This document shows, one piece after another, positions 50,401 to 64,000 of a stretch of 64,000 nt of DNA. The translations under genes and the position numbers were made by a program. The notes under the pieces were generated by a model that did not search any database, was not told the DNA's origin, and saw nothing but the letters and a program-made list of their open reading frames with translations. The stretch is from Octopus sinensis (lineage: Eukaryota): positions 6,572,001 through 6,636,000 of the forward strand of contig NC_043004.1 of assembly GCF_006345805.1 (NCBI RefSeq), given 5' to 3'. Every line of letters starts with the position of its first letter. Position 1 is the stretch's first letter.

Positions 50401-51399
50401 CAAGACCAATATATGAAGAGACATACACACACACTATGGCTTTATCAATATAAGCACTATTAAATATCCTTCATGTGAGATTGAAGAGTATTTAATTAAA
50501 AATAGCAATATTAATCTAATCTCCAAATTCAAATGTATTAAATTATTAAGGATTATGTTTCTCAAAAGCAGCAGTTCAATGTAAACACCATATTATTAAA
50601 CTGCACCCATTTTGAGAACATTTCCTGTATGGTTTTTGATCCAATAATATTAAATTGAAAAGTCGGGTCTTTGATCCAATTTTAAATTAAATAAAAGTTA
50701 AGGATTTTAAGAATTACTTTCCTCTTTCATGTTTCAGTAAGCTTTCTAAAATATAGACACAAATCTAATGACAGCAATAAATGCCTTCTTTAATATTCTA
50801 AACTTTATGAATTATTGGACAGAAGTTACTTTGTTCTGAGAAGAAAAATCAATAAGAGTATTTATTTGACCTGAATGAAGTTAAAGGATATTGAGAAGAG
50901 GATGTAAATGGGTGATAGGAAAACCATTTGGTTTTCCTTTAGAGAGTAATTAAATTTTTTATTTTAGACTGTGGAGATTAGAACATGCAGAGGTTGGAAA
51001 AAATATTAAGGTAGATTCATCACAGTTTCAATACAATCTTTATTCCAAAATAATTTACATTTTCCAAGGATAGACAGACATGACAAGTACAAAATTTTAA
51101 AATTACAATTTACCTATTATTTAGCATCTAATACGTATTAAAAACAAATATTTTAAACTCAAGTCACTGCTAGAATCTCAATTACTCTGACTAAAAAGAG
51201 AATTTAATATATATAGTTTTAAGTATTCTGAATAATCAAGATTAAGAAAAAAAAAGGGGGGGTACTATGAATTATATCAATAGTTATGAACAATGAATAT
51301 ATTTAATGTTTATATAATTACTGAGAAACAATTAATAGTAATGATCCTATTTCTTAAATCGCAGACATTCAGAACAGAAACAAATTTAATTCTGACGAT

Positions 51400-51943
51400 A
51401 AAAAAGAAAAAAAATTGTTTTTAAATATCAGAAGTTAGCTCCCTAACTTTTATTTTATATTAATAAATAAAAATTATTTAAAAACAAAGTGCTGACGAGG
51501 AAGGAAGGACGATTGTTTTTAGCTGGTTTGGTAACAGATGTGGGTAAGTTAAACTAATAACTAACCGATGTTATTAAATGCTAGAAAAATATATATTTTC
51601 CAGTCCTTTCAATTCAAATATTCTTTCCCATGTCCTCACAATAACACACACACACAAAGCTGTTTAAGGACTTAAAAAGGGACAAATTATAAATAAAGCC
51701 GAGGTCTAGTTCTTGCTATCAGAGATTATTGCAGTAGCTATGTAAGGGAGATAATCCTCATCCAAGACCATTGTCAAGTCGACTGACTATGTTTATTGTT
51801 GTTGCTAACAAACCTGACCAGCAGGTAGAAGAACAAAAGGCTTACTTCATTTATTTTGCTTTTCCTATATCAGGTTTTTCATAAAAGGCTTTAATCGGAT
51901 TTCTACTTTATATTTCATAACGCATATTTAACCGACGTAGGAT

Positions 51944-51975
<32 letters not shown>

Positions 51976-53842
51976 TACTATAATAATAAACATAGATTTT
52001 TCATATTTTTTATTTACTTATTGTTTTCATTTTGGTATTTTAAAATGGGGGGGGGGGAGTCATTAGGTATTTAACACTAGATTAATATTTGTAGCGAGCT
52101 TGTGCGCATATATATATATATAAATATATATTCATAAATAATTTGTGTTTATATAACACATATACGTGACAAAATAAATTTTAAAATCTAAAAAAAAAAA
52201 AAAAAAAGTATATGAAACACCCACTATAAATAAATACTCATTAGCCTCTTGTAGATATGACAACGAATCCCATATTAAAATTCCAAAATGAATAACAAAA
52301 AGTACTCGAGAGAGTGAAGTGCGAGTGCGCGCGCCGAAAAGCTTTTTAGCTAAGGTAAAGCAAAATACGAAAAACTAATTTTAAGCGAAGCAAATTAGTT
52401 TTAAGTTAAGATTTAACAAAGATATTACATACGACATAAATCTATTAATAAAATAGGGAATTTTATTTTATATTTAGAATTTATATCAAAGCATCTTCTA
52501 TTTTCTTTTTAGTTATTCTCGGTCGCATAAACATTAAAATCCGTGTTAGTATTATTATTAATAATAGCAATAGTTTCTTTTGATCAATTAATGTCTTAGA
52601 GGAAGGAGGGATGAGATTTAGAGGCGTTCATCCATGCCTTACTGAAGTAATTAACAGCATAAAACACTTAAAGTGAAGATTATTTGAAACCAAAGTTACT
52701 CTCATAAGCACACCATTAATAATACTAACAATAATTTGGATTTATTTAAATATCAGGCAAAATTATTGACGCACAGTCCGAAAGAAATTTTCGGCTCTAT
52801 GTAAAAATATAAAAATTGCCATTAAATAAATTTCTGTCTTGTTTGGCCAATCCATCCTCCCAGTGCTACTGATACAAAATTTTCCACTAATATTCCTCTA
52901 TTTTATTGAAGTTAAAAAGGCATTTCTATGAAAATTTCCAAGAGGTTGTCATCGTTACGGTTTTGTTTCTTTTTTTTTATTATTTTCCTTTTGTCTTTCT
53001 TCTAATCCTTTATTTCAGAAAATGGCTTTCTTGAAATCTTATTAATAAACCACTGATCGCAAATAATTGTAACACAAAACTTAACTTTATATATACAGGG
53101 TTGTGCTTACAATAACTTTTCTTTTAATCAAAAAAATATAATTAAACTGTCAGGAAGAGGGCACTGAGAACAAAATATAATACTTATGTATTGTAAATTA
53201 AAAATATTCGTTAGAATGATAATTATTTTTTGAAAACTGGCTGTTTACGTAATTTAGTAAAATTCTTCAGATTTATTTTTTGAAAAAATACAAATAATAT
53301 CGACAATAATCAAGCAGGAAATAATAATAATAATAGAAACAAAAGCTATTTATAAATAAAAAAACAACAACAAAAAGATGGGAGGCAAGTTGGTTTAGTT
53401 GCAGAGAGTTTCTAATGTGGAAGGAAACCTCGAAAAGAAAGATCGCTTGGATAAACTAGGGGAGAATATGTAACAGATATATAAACACTAATAGGAAAGT
53501 ATTAAACAGAGAGATCAGAAAATGTGGTCAGGAGGGAGACTAGCTAGGCTTACGATGAAAACTAAGATAAATAAAACAGGAGGATAGCCATTTTTGATCA
53601 TTTGATAAGCACTGACTGAAAGAAAGAATTGTCGTGAACCAACTAAAACTAATAAATAGATAAAAACTGAGGGAACTGGATTTTAGAGTTGTGTGAGTGA
53701 AAAAAACTAGGGGGGAAAAATCTGAAAATGGTAAAGCGAACTTAATAGGGGGAGATTTTGACCAAATCATAGCGGAAATACGTTCGAAATGAGTAGCAGG
53801 AGAATGGGTGGATACTGGCCTTAATAACATAATCAATGCGCC

Positions 53843-53879
<37 letters not shown>

Positions 53880-55341
53880 CACCCAAGCTATTAATTTATA
53901 TATATCATATATAATTCACTAGCTAGTGCTTTATTTTATTTATATGTGTGTGTGTATGTATGATGTGGGTTTTATAATATATATACACAAAACATATATG
54001 TGTGTATGCGTGTGTGGTGGTAGCTGAAGTTTTTAAGTAACAAAGACAATCGACGGTGCGTGGGTTAATTTTTATATATAAGTGGATATACAATATACAT
54101 ATAAGACAGTTATGGCTCCAGCATTAAGCTGGCAAAGAGATATATAAGCCCTTCATCAGTGCTAGCATAGATATATATACATAGTAAGCTTTGTGTATAG
54201 GCTGAGGGTGAGCGCTCCAAAGCAGAGCATTGATCCACCACTATTTCACTCCATAGCGCGCTAGGAGAGAGCTGGAGAAACGACGAAGCAGAAGGCAATG
54301 TAAAGGAGATTATAAAACATTGAAGAATGCGGTGGTAAAGTGCATAAAAACCATCCAAGAGGATGAATGTTGTAATTAAAAGAGTGAAGAGGGATGATCC
54401 ATACTTTTAGTAAAAGCAAACGAGAGAAAAATTAAGGTGACAATTTGTTGTAAGTAGCGAGTTAGTCTCCGTTTTATCTGTATACGAATGTGGTGAGTAT
54501 ATTTAACAGATTAGTGAAATAAATAAAATATATATATATATACATAAATATAATCAAACGTAGCAGTGCTTGGAACGATTATTAAGGCCTGAGGCTGACG
54601 TAAACTATCACAGTTGAGGGGACAACATATATATATATTTACACGTACACACAAGAGAAGGCAGGCTAATGCAAGGAATAGCAATGGAAAAGAAGCAATT
54701 TACAAACATGTAAATATACAACAGGACATTCATTATATAGAATACGTAGGAAAAATTCGCTCTATCAAACCAGATTCTCAAACAAAAATCAACAAATGCC
54801 GAATCATAAAGCACATCTAGGTAAAAAAATCACATTAGATACATACAGACATAGATGTTCTAAACAAGCCTATATTCAAAATCTCCGAGCAGTATAAACA
54901 TGCACACACAAAACGGCAACATTTGAGTATAAAGCAGACTAAGTAAGCCCAGCACCTAAAATTAATTATCTAAATGTCTTTCCACCATAGCATATAAACA
55001 AATACATATTCCATTAAAAGATTAGTAAATACATAAAAAATATATATATATATATAGACAGAAAGAGATATAGCAAATACAGACGAAAGAAAAGACCAAA
55101 AAAGAGAGGGGGAAAAGATTTAAAAAATAATAATAGTCGAACGAAAGAAAAGAAACAGAGCAAGAGCGAGGGAGAAAATAGAAAGAGAGAACCATCATGT
55201 CCCAGTTTTTTTTTTAAGGAAAAGATTAATAAATAAAATAAACGGGCACCAAGCCATGGTGGATGTATTCGCTTGCCATCATCGACACACGACGACCACC
55301 ACCTATATACAACAGTAACATTCCGTGTATGTATTATATAT

Positions 55342-55391
<50 letters not shown>

Positions 55392-56796
55392 CATACACTC
55401 ACATAGAGATGGATAGAGAGAGAGAAAAGGGAAAAAGAGATTTAAATTTAAAAAAAAAAAAAAAGTAACAGAAAAACAACTTTAAAAGAGGCTTCAAAAA
55501 GCAGAAAAATTAGGTGAAACATATTCACCGATGGATAAGGAACATTTCTACTTCGGTCTAGAAAGAAATAGGTGCCGTATAAATCAAATCAAATGTTTGT
55601 TGTAGTAGTTGTTGTTGTTGATATGATGTTGGTTTTTGTTGTTGTTTTTTTAAAGCTTAAATTAGTTTTTGTTGTTTGTTGGCTTAGTATTTTGTTGTTG
55701 GTTGACCGTAATCCTCCACCTCTAGCGAAATGCTGTTTGTATCATCCGTGTCCATGTGTCGGAGTTGCGGTGGGAGGGAGCACCCGTGTCTTTACAAGAA
55801 GCCAGCTTTTTACCACCGCCGCCACCACTACTTTCTTCAACACTACTACTACAACTAGGCTTTCTCTACCAACTATTATTATTACTACTACTACTACTCC
55901 CGCACTACCACTACTACCACTACTACCACTATTGTTAATGTTGTTGTTGTTACAAGTTACTATCGGCGATGTAACGACGATCAGATTTAGATCCCAAAGC
56001 TCAAAATCCACCGTTATTGTTCTGGTTAGTTGTTATTAATTATTATTATTATTACTAAATTCCTGGTCATCGAGAATGGTCCACTCCACTCTATTCTATT
56101 GTGAACTCACGCAAAATACAAGCATCGTCCCTTGCAATTCCTCTCTATTCTAGAGTAGATCAGGGTAATTTAGCGAGGATTTTCACTTAACGAGGTCAAG
56201 CAAATATTTACAACCAGTGACTGCTGCAGCAGCAGCAGCTGTAGTAGTAGTAGCTACAAGAACAGTAATATTAGTGATGGTAGTAGTAGTAGTATTAACA
56301 TTAAACAACAGCAGCAGCTGCAATGGAGGACAGAATCAATGGGGAGGAGAGAGAGAGAGAGCAATGAAAGGAAGAAAGAAAAAAAAACTACATCTCAGTA
56401 AACTAACACACACACACACACGGTTTTATTAAATAAATGTATCACATGAGTATGTGTATACATCCAGTCACACACACACACACATTGGTACACGAATAAA
56501 CTGTCTTTTGTGACCGCGCGCGTGTTTGTGTGTGTGTGTGTGTGTGTACGAACATAACTATGTCAGATGAAAGTAGAATGCAGCAACGAAATCGTTCTAT
56601 ATGGGCGAGAGAGAGAGAGAGAGAGAGTATAAAAACACACACGCCTACACGTGATATATACGTGTATATGCACTGGTGTGTATATAAATGCGTAACCCCC
56701 TTTCCCACCGCCAAATTTATACACATTAAAATGAATTTATGCATATGTATTCAAATTAGAATTTACATATGCAAATACATCTTTACACAGACACAC

Positions 56797-56842
<46 letters not shown>

Positions 56843-57300
56843 CACACTCACACATTAATAGTACACCCACAGTTTATGCTTATCTTTTATTATTTTACTC
56901 GTTTCAGTCCTTAGATTGTGGCCTTGCTAGAGCACTCCAGTATGTCGACTCGTCCCTTTAGATCAGACGGTAACTTAAACCATTTGATAAATAGATATGA
57001 GTACCGCCGGGATCAATTTGTTAAATGTTCCAGCAAAACCACAGTCCAATGAATGGGAAACAGCAGAAGAATAGAAGACAAAACATCGTGTGTGTGTGTG
57101 TGTTTACTAAAACGCGCACATATGTGTAAAAGTATATATTGAAAAAAAAAAAAAAGCTAGCTGATGACGTGGTGTCACAAGAGGGCTTATAGAAACAGGT
57201 GCCTCTCCTAGCAAGCCAGTAGTTATTTCCCATATCTTTGTTTTGTGAAATTTTCTGAAGTTATTTTAATATCTGTTCTATAATTATGCAGATTTTAGTT
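51400..57300. promoter_or_regulatory. CpG-retaining region, likely promoter and 5' exons of RNF38/44
   Basis: By eye, CG dinucleotides are frequent here (gtgcgagtgcgcgcgccg, tcggtcgc, accgcgcgcg, taccgccggg) but nearly absent from 47.5-51.4 kb. Strong - strand donor ctat|GTGAGT at 55403; TGACGTGG at 57165-57172. Confidence 0.5.
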
Positions 57301-58860
57301 GATGAAGCTCCTTATATCCCAATTTTTAAATAACTATTTGTGCTAGTGTACCTTGGATTGAATTAGCTAGAAAATGTTTATGATTAATATTTATATTCTT
57401 AATACCACATACATCTATAAAGCGATTTTTCAAAGCATAAATTAAAAAAAACCCATCCCAACACAAATATCAACAAATGAAATGGACAAAATGCACATTT
57501 GAAATGGTGCTCTAGCTATATGCTCAATATCCAAATAAGACATAAATGTAGAAAAGAACCTAGTTAATAGTAGCAAATCCAACAAGATTTTGGTATAAAT
57601 AATATAAAATAAAAACCCACACCAGCATAGCTATCGTCTTTAAGCCCAAACTTTAAAAGGTTAGAGTGCTCTATAGCAACCCAATGATACACATCAACTA
57701 TGTATACATGGTGCTTTAGTCAAAGCCAAAGCAAGCAGTGAAGGGTTTGTGTACCAACCCCACAGCCCTGCTGTCAATACTATCAAATAAGTCTTAGTAG
57801 TAAGAAATTATCAAAATTTGTTGAAACAGATGTTAAGATAGATTCTTGAGAATACATGGTTGAGGATTGGATTTGTTATATATAATATCATGCCAACGGT
57901 TTCATATTCAGCTGGAACAAACTGTTTTTAAGTTACATTTAAAATATTGATAATATTTAGGTTGGTGTTTATTATAAATCTTTATGTCCACCACTGAAGC
58001 TTATAAATTCTTTAATAAATTTGCTAAATGTGTAACTGTCTTACAAGTTTTAAAAAGACCATCATCCCTGTATATGCCTCCATTAATGGATAGAACACTG
58101 AGCAAAGTTTAAAATGCAAATACCGAGAAAAAGATTTTTCTTTCATTGTTATTCAATAATAAATATTTATAGATGGATACCTCTACATGTTTATTATTTG
58201 CACAAGTACCTGATGAACAAGAATTCACAAAGCTATTCTTTATAATAAATTTGAGACAAAACATACAAATTGAAATTGCAATTTTGTATTCCTGTTTTAT
58301 ATGTCCCTGCAAATTTTTGAAAAATGTCCACTGCAATGCAAAAATGTATCAACTAATGCATTTTTAAACACAAGCCCTTCTGCCTGAAATAACTCCCTGC
58401 AATGTCTTGGTCCTGAAACCCTTAAAGCAGAAACATTTTTTTCTGTATTTTGTCAACAAAGAAAATTTCTTTCCATTCATGGAAGAGTGACAATGGAAAT
58501 TAGGACACACGTGCACAAACCCACAAGCATTCATGCAGAAAGAGATAGACATGTGTATTTACAAATGCACACATATCTAACAGCAGACATGTTCACAAGC
58601 ATACAAAAAGGATGCATGCGTACAGACACATGCATAATAGGAAACACACAAACACACACACACACATCTAATAGCAAACGTGCACGCAGGCACAAATACA
58701 TAAATATGGAAACAGAAATACACACACATGCATGCGTGCACGCATAAATAAACACATGAAGTATACAACATTTTAGTGAGTGATTGAAATGAGAGTAAAA
58801 TTTGAAAGTAAGAAAATGAAAATCCAAAATGGTAACGAAATATTCTTTGTTCATATGCAG

Positions 58861-58986
58861 ACTAGTGTAGGGCAATGGATGTTGTTAAAGAAGAAAGTTT
58901 GATGACAGTATAGAATGAGCGATGCTTTGTTCATGCAGTATCTGCAGGAACATGTGCGAAGGAATAAGTTTAGTAATTGTGAACAG
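58861..58986 (+). CDS. Candidate exon of an unidentified + strand gene; possible ATG at 58915 giving MSDALFMQYLQEHVRRNKFSNCEQ
   Basis: Acceptor ttctttgttcatatgcag, donor CAG|GTAAAT, 24 open codons ending in phase 0. No homology recognised. Confidence 0.3.
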
Positions 58987-61752
58987 GTAAATATTTCGCA
59001 AATCTTTTTTCCTAGTATAAATGGATATATATTTTACTTTAGAAACATGCAATATTGTATAAAGTATTTCTTTTCATATTATACAAAAATGTGAAGTTTC
59101 ACGGTTTAAGATATTTTCTTTGTACTATGTATTTTTTTCTTCTCAAAATAATGCAGGATATACTTTCAAATTTTTTTCTCAAATTTTACTTTCAACACTT
59201 TAGCACGCTAAAATAAAATTTAACTGTGTACATATTTGCTAAAATGCCGTGCATTTGTTACGTTATAAACAAATTTCTTCAAAGCTTAGACACGACAACT
59301 AGAAAGGAAGATAGAAGTCTTTTACATCCCCTCCACTAGATTTGCTTCCAGTTGCTCTGATAGAGAGGGTCTAAAAAGTTTTCCCCCACCCCCCACCTCT
59401 TCCCCACGGAGAAGGTTGTTGTTTGAAATATTGGCCATTACTTTATATACACATATGGAGGTAAAGGGGAAACTAATAAAACCCCCGCTTCATGTATCAC
59501 AGTTAGTACTTTTAAACAGAAATTTGACATCTTTTTGATCTGTTCATTAATTTAACTTATAGAAAGAAAAAAAATCTTTTATGAGCTGGCATGCATTCAG
59601 GCAAAGTTTGCTGAGCATTAATGAAAAGTGGAAATGGATTAATTGAAGTGTAAAAGAGATAAGTTTCTGGAAGCGAAATCCACGCAATACACTGATCAAA
59701 ATGAACCCCCCTATGAAACTTCTTAGAAGATAACTCAAAAATGTTGTTTGCCATGAAGTACATGTTTGTATGCATTTGTTGTTAACCATGGCAAAACATA
59801 TCAATAGATGTATATATGTATACAGATGGATGAATGACTGGCTCTTGGAATCCCTCTAAGTACACACTGTTAGGAATCTAGACTTCAGTATTGCAATAAG
59901 AGTGAAAAAGGCCTGCATTCACTTAATAAAAAGAACACTGCAATCAACTAGAACCATTGTTTTAACCCCTGTTTTCCAAGTACTGCCATTCTTACCATCA
60001 TATCCCTACTTTTCTCATAATCTACATCTATGTTGTTCTATTTATATGTATCTCTCTTTCTCTAATTCCACTATTTTACAGAGAGAGGAAAGCCAGAAAG
60101 TTTGAAGAAAAAAAAAAACAAAAACAAATAGTTTGATCTCACACAAAAGTGTTACTATCATCACTGGTCTCCTCTATCCTTCTCTCATTTGCTATATCTC
60201 TATTCCAAAGTGAGAACCAAAATGCTTGACACACTACAAGTCAAACTTCTTGCCTTTCCCTAACTCCATTCTTAACTGAAAATAGAATGAGATTTGAGAG
60301 TGAATTGGCTGCTATTTCTCAAAATATATGTCACAAACCATTCCCACAAAGGTGGAAAATAATATATATGGTTATGCTGATGTATATTTATTTTGCACAG
60401 AAGTGGCAAGACCTCATTATAACTGATATGTGGAATTCTTCAAACACAACAATAAGACTATCTGAATTTTAGTAGAGGGCCTGTGAGTTATGTATCATGC
60501 ACTCTTACCTGCAAGATAGACACAGATGCTTGACTAGCAAAAATTTTTATAAGCGAGAAAGCTGTGTGCACACCATACTCTCCACTTCTCACTCAATATG
60601 CACAGTATAGGGTCAAGTCAGGATAAGTGAGCTTGTATGAGAATGTAGTTACTGAATGGATTTCTGGCCCTTACAGTACTAACTTATGAGGCCATAAAGC
60701 ATTATCTTTGACGTTTGCCTTGCATCATGGCTTTGATTTCAGCATGATGGTGTGATGTCATCTGAATCAGTTGTCCCCTCCACCGCTGGCTTGCCGCCAC
60801 TAACTTTGAAGGTGTGGAGATGAAGGTGTGGTTACATATTTCTTTCATGCACTGAAAACATACCACTAAGCATACACATAAATATTTAATTTAATGTACA
60901 CAAGTACATCTCATTGGAAAGTCATTGACTTCTCTGATTTCATCTGCCCTTCTTTGACAGGTTGCTATGTTTCTTTGTATTGCAAAATGATTCTCCTCAC
61001 CAAACAAGCTTGGTGGGTTTGCCGGTGAAGTCACCAATGCTGTAACTGAGCAACAGGTTGTACTGGATTGCATGTCACCAATAATGTTTATAAGTGACCT
61101 CACACACACACACATACAATGATTGCTTCATCTTGAAGCAGATAAGCCATCTCAATCAACCCACATACTCCAGATAATCTATGATAAGCCTAGGCACTCT
61201 GAGATAACTCTTACACAGGAAACTCCACCAAGGCAATTTCTGTCCATGAAAACATAACATGAAGATAAATTTTCTGCTACCTTGTGTGTTGATTAGTGGC
61301 TGTGCACCTCTAATTGCCAGTTTGATTTTGGTGTACCTTCTCTAACCCTTTTTCCACAAAAGGATATCTACAAGTTAGCAGGGACTTGCAAGAAACTTAT
61401 TTGCATATAAATGGATGGCTGTTGACTCTCATGAGCTAATCCACTCTTTAAAGGATCATGATTTTTACCCTGTTGGGCATCCAGAAATTACCACTTCCCA
61501 GGTAGGATTGGTGGGGGTTGCTAAGTTTAGTCATCGGCAACCCAACCATACAATGGTTCTGTACTTGTAGCACTAAAGAGTGACCCGACATATCATACAC
61601 ACACATACACACAAGTGACCTGACATAGCATGTAAATACACCAACATATACACACATACACAAATGTATTCACATGCACACTTCTGAATGGCATAAGGAA
61701 GGTATGATGTCATAGCCCACTGTGTTACTGACACACACATACATACATATAA

Positions 61753-61809
<57 letters not shown>

Positions 61810-62369
61810 TAAATTGAAAATAAAAGTAAAAACAAAACAATAAAAGTCAATAGGATATATGCTGTGAATGCATTAAGGTTGATGTTCAGTTTAAGATGGT
61901 AAAAAATAATATATCATCATTGTTTAGCATGTAATATATATATATATATATATATAAAACCATACCTTCACAAATATAAACATGTTATACACACATATGT
62001 ACATATTAAATATTAAATGAAAATGATTTACTACCCATAGTCACATGGTTAGCTCTGTACAACACAGTTTTTCTTAAAAGTCTGTTTTACACTGAATGGA
62101 AGAACATGGTTTCAGAAAAGAAATTATGGTGGGATGATATTGAATGGCCAGCAAATGCTACAAGACCTATATGGAGTGAGAGAGAGAGTTTAGTTGCATA
62201 AACACAGAAGAAAGCTTATGGATGAAGAGGAGTGACAGAATAAGGGAGTCACATCAGTAGGTGAAGGGGGATTAGGCAGGAACATATTTCTCTGTAAAAA
62301 GAGGGAGGAAAAGGAAATGAAAGGACAAAAATTTATTTAAAAGGAACATGAGAAAAGAATTTTACAAAA

Positions 62370-62653
62370 TATATAGCTGTGTGGTTAAAAAAGCCTGTTC
62401 TGGAATCACATGGTTTAAGGTTCAATCCCAATGTACAGTACCTTGGGCAAATGTCTTCTGGGCCGCCTAATGTCCTGCGAGTGAATTTAGCAAACAGAAA
62501 CTATGTGAAAGGCCATTCTATATATTTGTGTGTGTGTGTGTGTGTTGTGTGTGGCACACCACTGCTTGACAACCAGTGTTGGTTTGTTTATGTTCCCATA
62601 ACTTAGCAGTTTGGTTAAGAGACCAATAGAGTAAGTACCATACTTTAAAAACA

Positions 62654-62726
<73 letters not shown>

Positions 62727-62820
62727 AGTACTGGGATTGAAGTGTTGGACTAAATCCTTCAAGGTGGTGCTGTAGCAAGGCCACAGTCCAGTGACTGAAA
62801 AATGTAAAAGATAAAAGAAA
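62370..62820 (+). mobile_element. SINE with an expanded (TA)n/(TG)n interior
   Basis: gctgtgtggttaaaaaagc...ccttgggcaaatgtcttc head and aaggtggtgctgtagcaaggccacagtccagtgactgaaa tail. Confidence 0.75.
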
Positions 62821-64000
62821 AGAAAAAAAATTTCAAAAGTAAAGTGAATGGGACTAATTAATATGCAACTATAATCAGGTGTTTTTAAGTTATGTTGAAG
62901 CAAGCAAAGAAGGAAATGTAGAATTCTAGAAGAAATAGGCATCAAGAAAAGCTCTTTGATTAGTCACTAGTATTGGAGTAGACAAGTTGCCGACACACCA
63001 GACTATCAGTCTTAAAAGTAGTGAATATAAGAGAAAAATGGGAGGAGGAGGTGGAGGAAGATGACAACAACAATGCAGAAGAGGAAGAAGGCTTAACAAA
63101 CAAGATAACTAACTAGGTGTCAGAGATCTGCAGAATGGTGTGGAGGTTGAAGGGATAGTAGCAAAAAATGCAAAATTAATGGAAAATTAAAGCAAAGGAG
63201 ACAGCTAGGTAAAGTTTTAACAATGGGGATATTTGCTGTAAATTAACACTAAAATAATAATCTGTAAAGTAAAAGTAACAAATTTAAAGGGATGAGGGAG
63301 TTATAAACAAATAATAGTAGTGGAAAAGAAAACTTGGTGTTTTGAAGGGAATATGTTAAATAAAATGTAAAAGCCAGGATGTACAGAACATCAGAGTGTC
63401 AAGTATAGTAACAGTAAAAGGTAGCTAAGCAAATAAAAATATGGGGGAGTGGTAAATATGTTGATGTATTATTATAAAGTGTGAAGAAAGAATGACAATT
63501 ATAGAATAAGATACAAAGGAGCTGGGTCAGTAAACAGTTAGAAACCAAGTCACAGCAACAGAAGGAGATCCTGTGCTTTAATAATTAAATCAAAGAGGAT
63601 AAATTACTCGCTAAAGTCAAGGCGTAGTTTGGGGTTTGTACTAGAGCTAGAAATTTGCCATCCTGCATTTATTACATGACGAAATCCTTCCATCATATTA
63701 ATTTTAGTGGATTGTATCTAGCAAACAGAACGACTAAGCTTTTTCTAAAGCATAAATTGCAAGGTCTCTCATTACCAGTGGTTGGACGTGGCTCTAGGTA
63801 CTATTTTTCCATTTAGTTAGTAATCTTTACCTTTAACTTCTAAATAAAAGTGTTGAGAGTGGAGTTTCCATTATGCAAGCATGGCTGTATGGGCAAGACA
63901 ACTACTTCCCAACCAATGGTTTCAACTGTTTTGTGAGTGGATTTGGTAAAGGGAAAATGTATGGAAACCAGTCATATATGCATGCATTTCCTTGTCATAC

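Noticed and set aside
50917-50938. 10-bp-arm hairpin aggaaaacca-tt-tggttttcct
   Set aside because: Short and isolated in AT-rich intronic DNA; expected by chance in 64 kb.
54140-54165. CUGAUGA on the - strand
   Set aside because: No GAAA or stem II follows.
55572-56039. + and - strand ORFs of 60-155 aa
   Set aside because: Dominated by trinucleotide repeats (poly-V/T/L) with no RNF38-like sequence; treated as UTR.
57156-57212. + strand GCUAG CUGAUGA…GAAA…CUC CUAGC hammerhead-like pattern with a 5-bp stem I
   Set aside because: Stem II cannot close at its base and stem III has a C-C mismatch next to the core. It is single-copy and overlaps a CRE-like site, so chance is the better explanation.
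60700-61115. GC-richer protein-like stretches as further exons of the + strand candidate gene
   Set aside because: Weak donors, all frames of the second block are closed, and I recognise no homology on either strand.

Overview
AT-rich animal genomic DNA with spliceosomal introns, dense microsatellites and tRNA-type SINEs. The repeat complement looks like Octopus/cephalopod, which is inferred from recognition and not from a database search. Two spliced genes are well supported. The first is the 3' part of a histone stem-loop binding protein gene (SLBP, + strand, three coding exons, 2623-4233). The second is an RNF38/RNF44-type RING-H2 E3 ligase (- strand, seven coding exons, 47439 down to 41722, in frame through every GT-AG junction; its N-terminal exon was not resolved). 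A CpG-retaining zone at about 51.4-57.3 kb probably holds the RNF38/44 promoter and 5' exons, and there is a possible + strand exon at 58861-58986. The rest is decayed mobile DNA: RTE, Tx1/L1 and R4/Dong-like LINE remnants, two DD37D (maT) Tc1/mariner remnants, Helitron-like, hAT-like and TTAA MITEs, and many SINEs. The most interesting signal is a non-coding 559-bp head-to-tail repeat (1.74 units, 16818-17789). Each unit carries a complete type I hammerhead ribozyme core on the - strand with a palindromic stem III. Double cleavage would release an exact 559-nt monomer, which is the architecture of a non-LTR retrozyme (circRNA-producing retroelement) or a Penelope-like pseudo-LTR. A second, decayed hammerhead sits directly against a zero-spacer 60-bp palindrome at about 34.6-34.8 kb.
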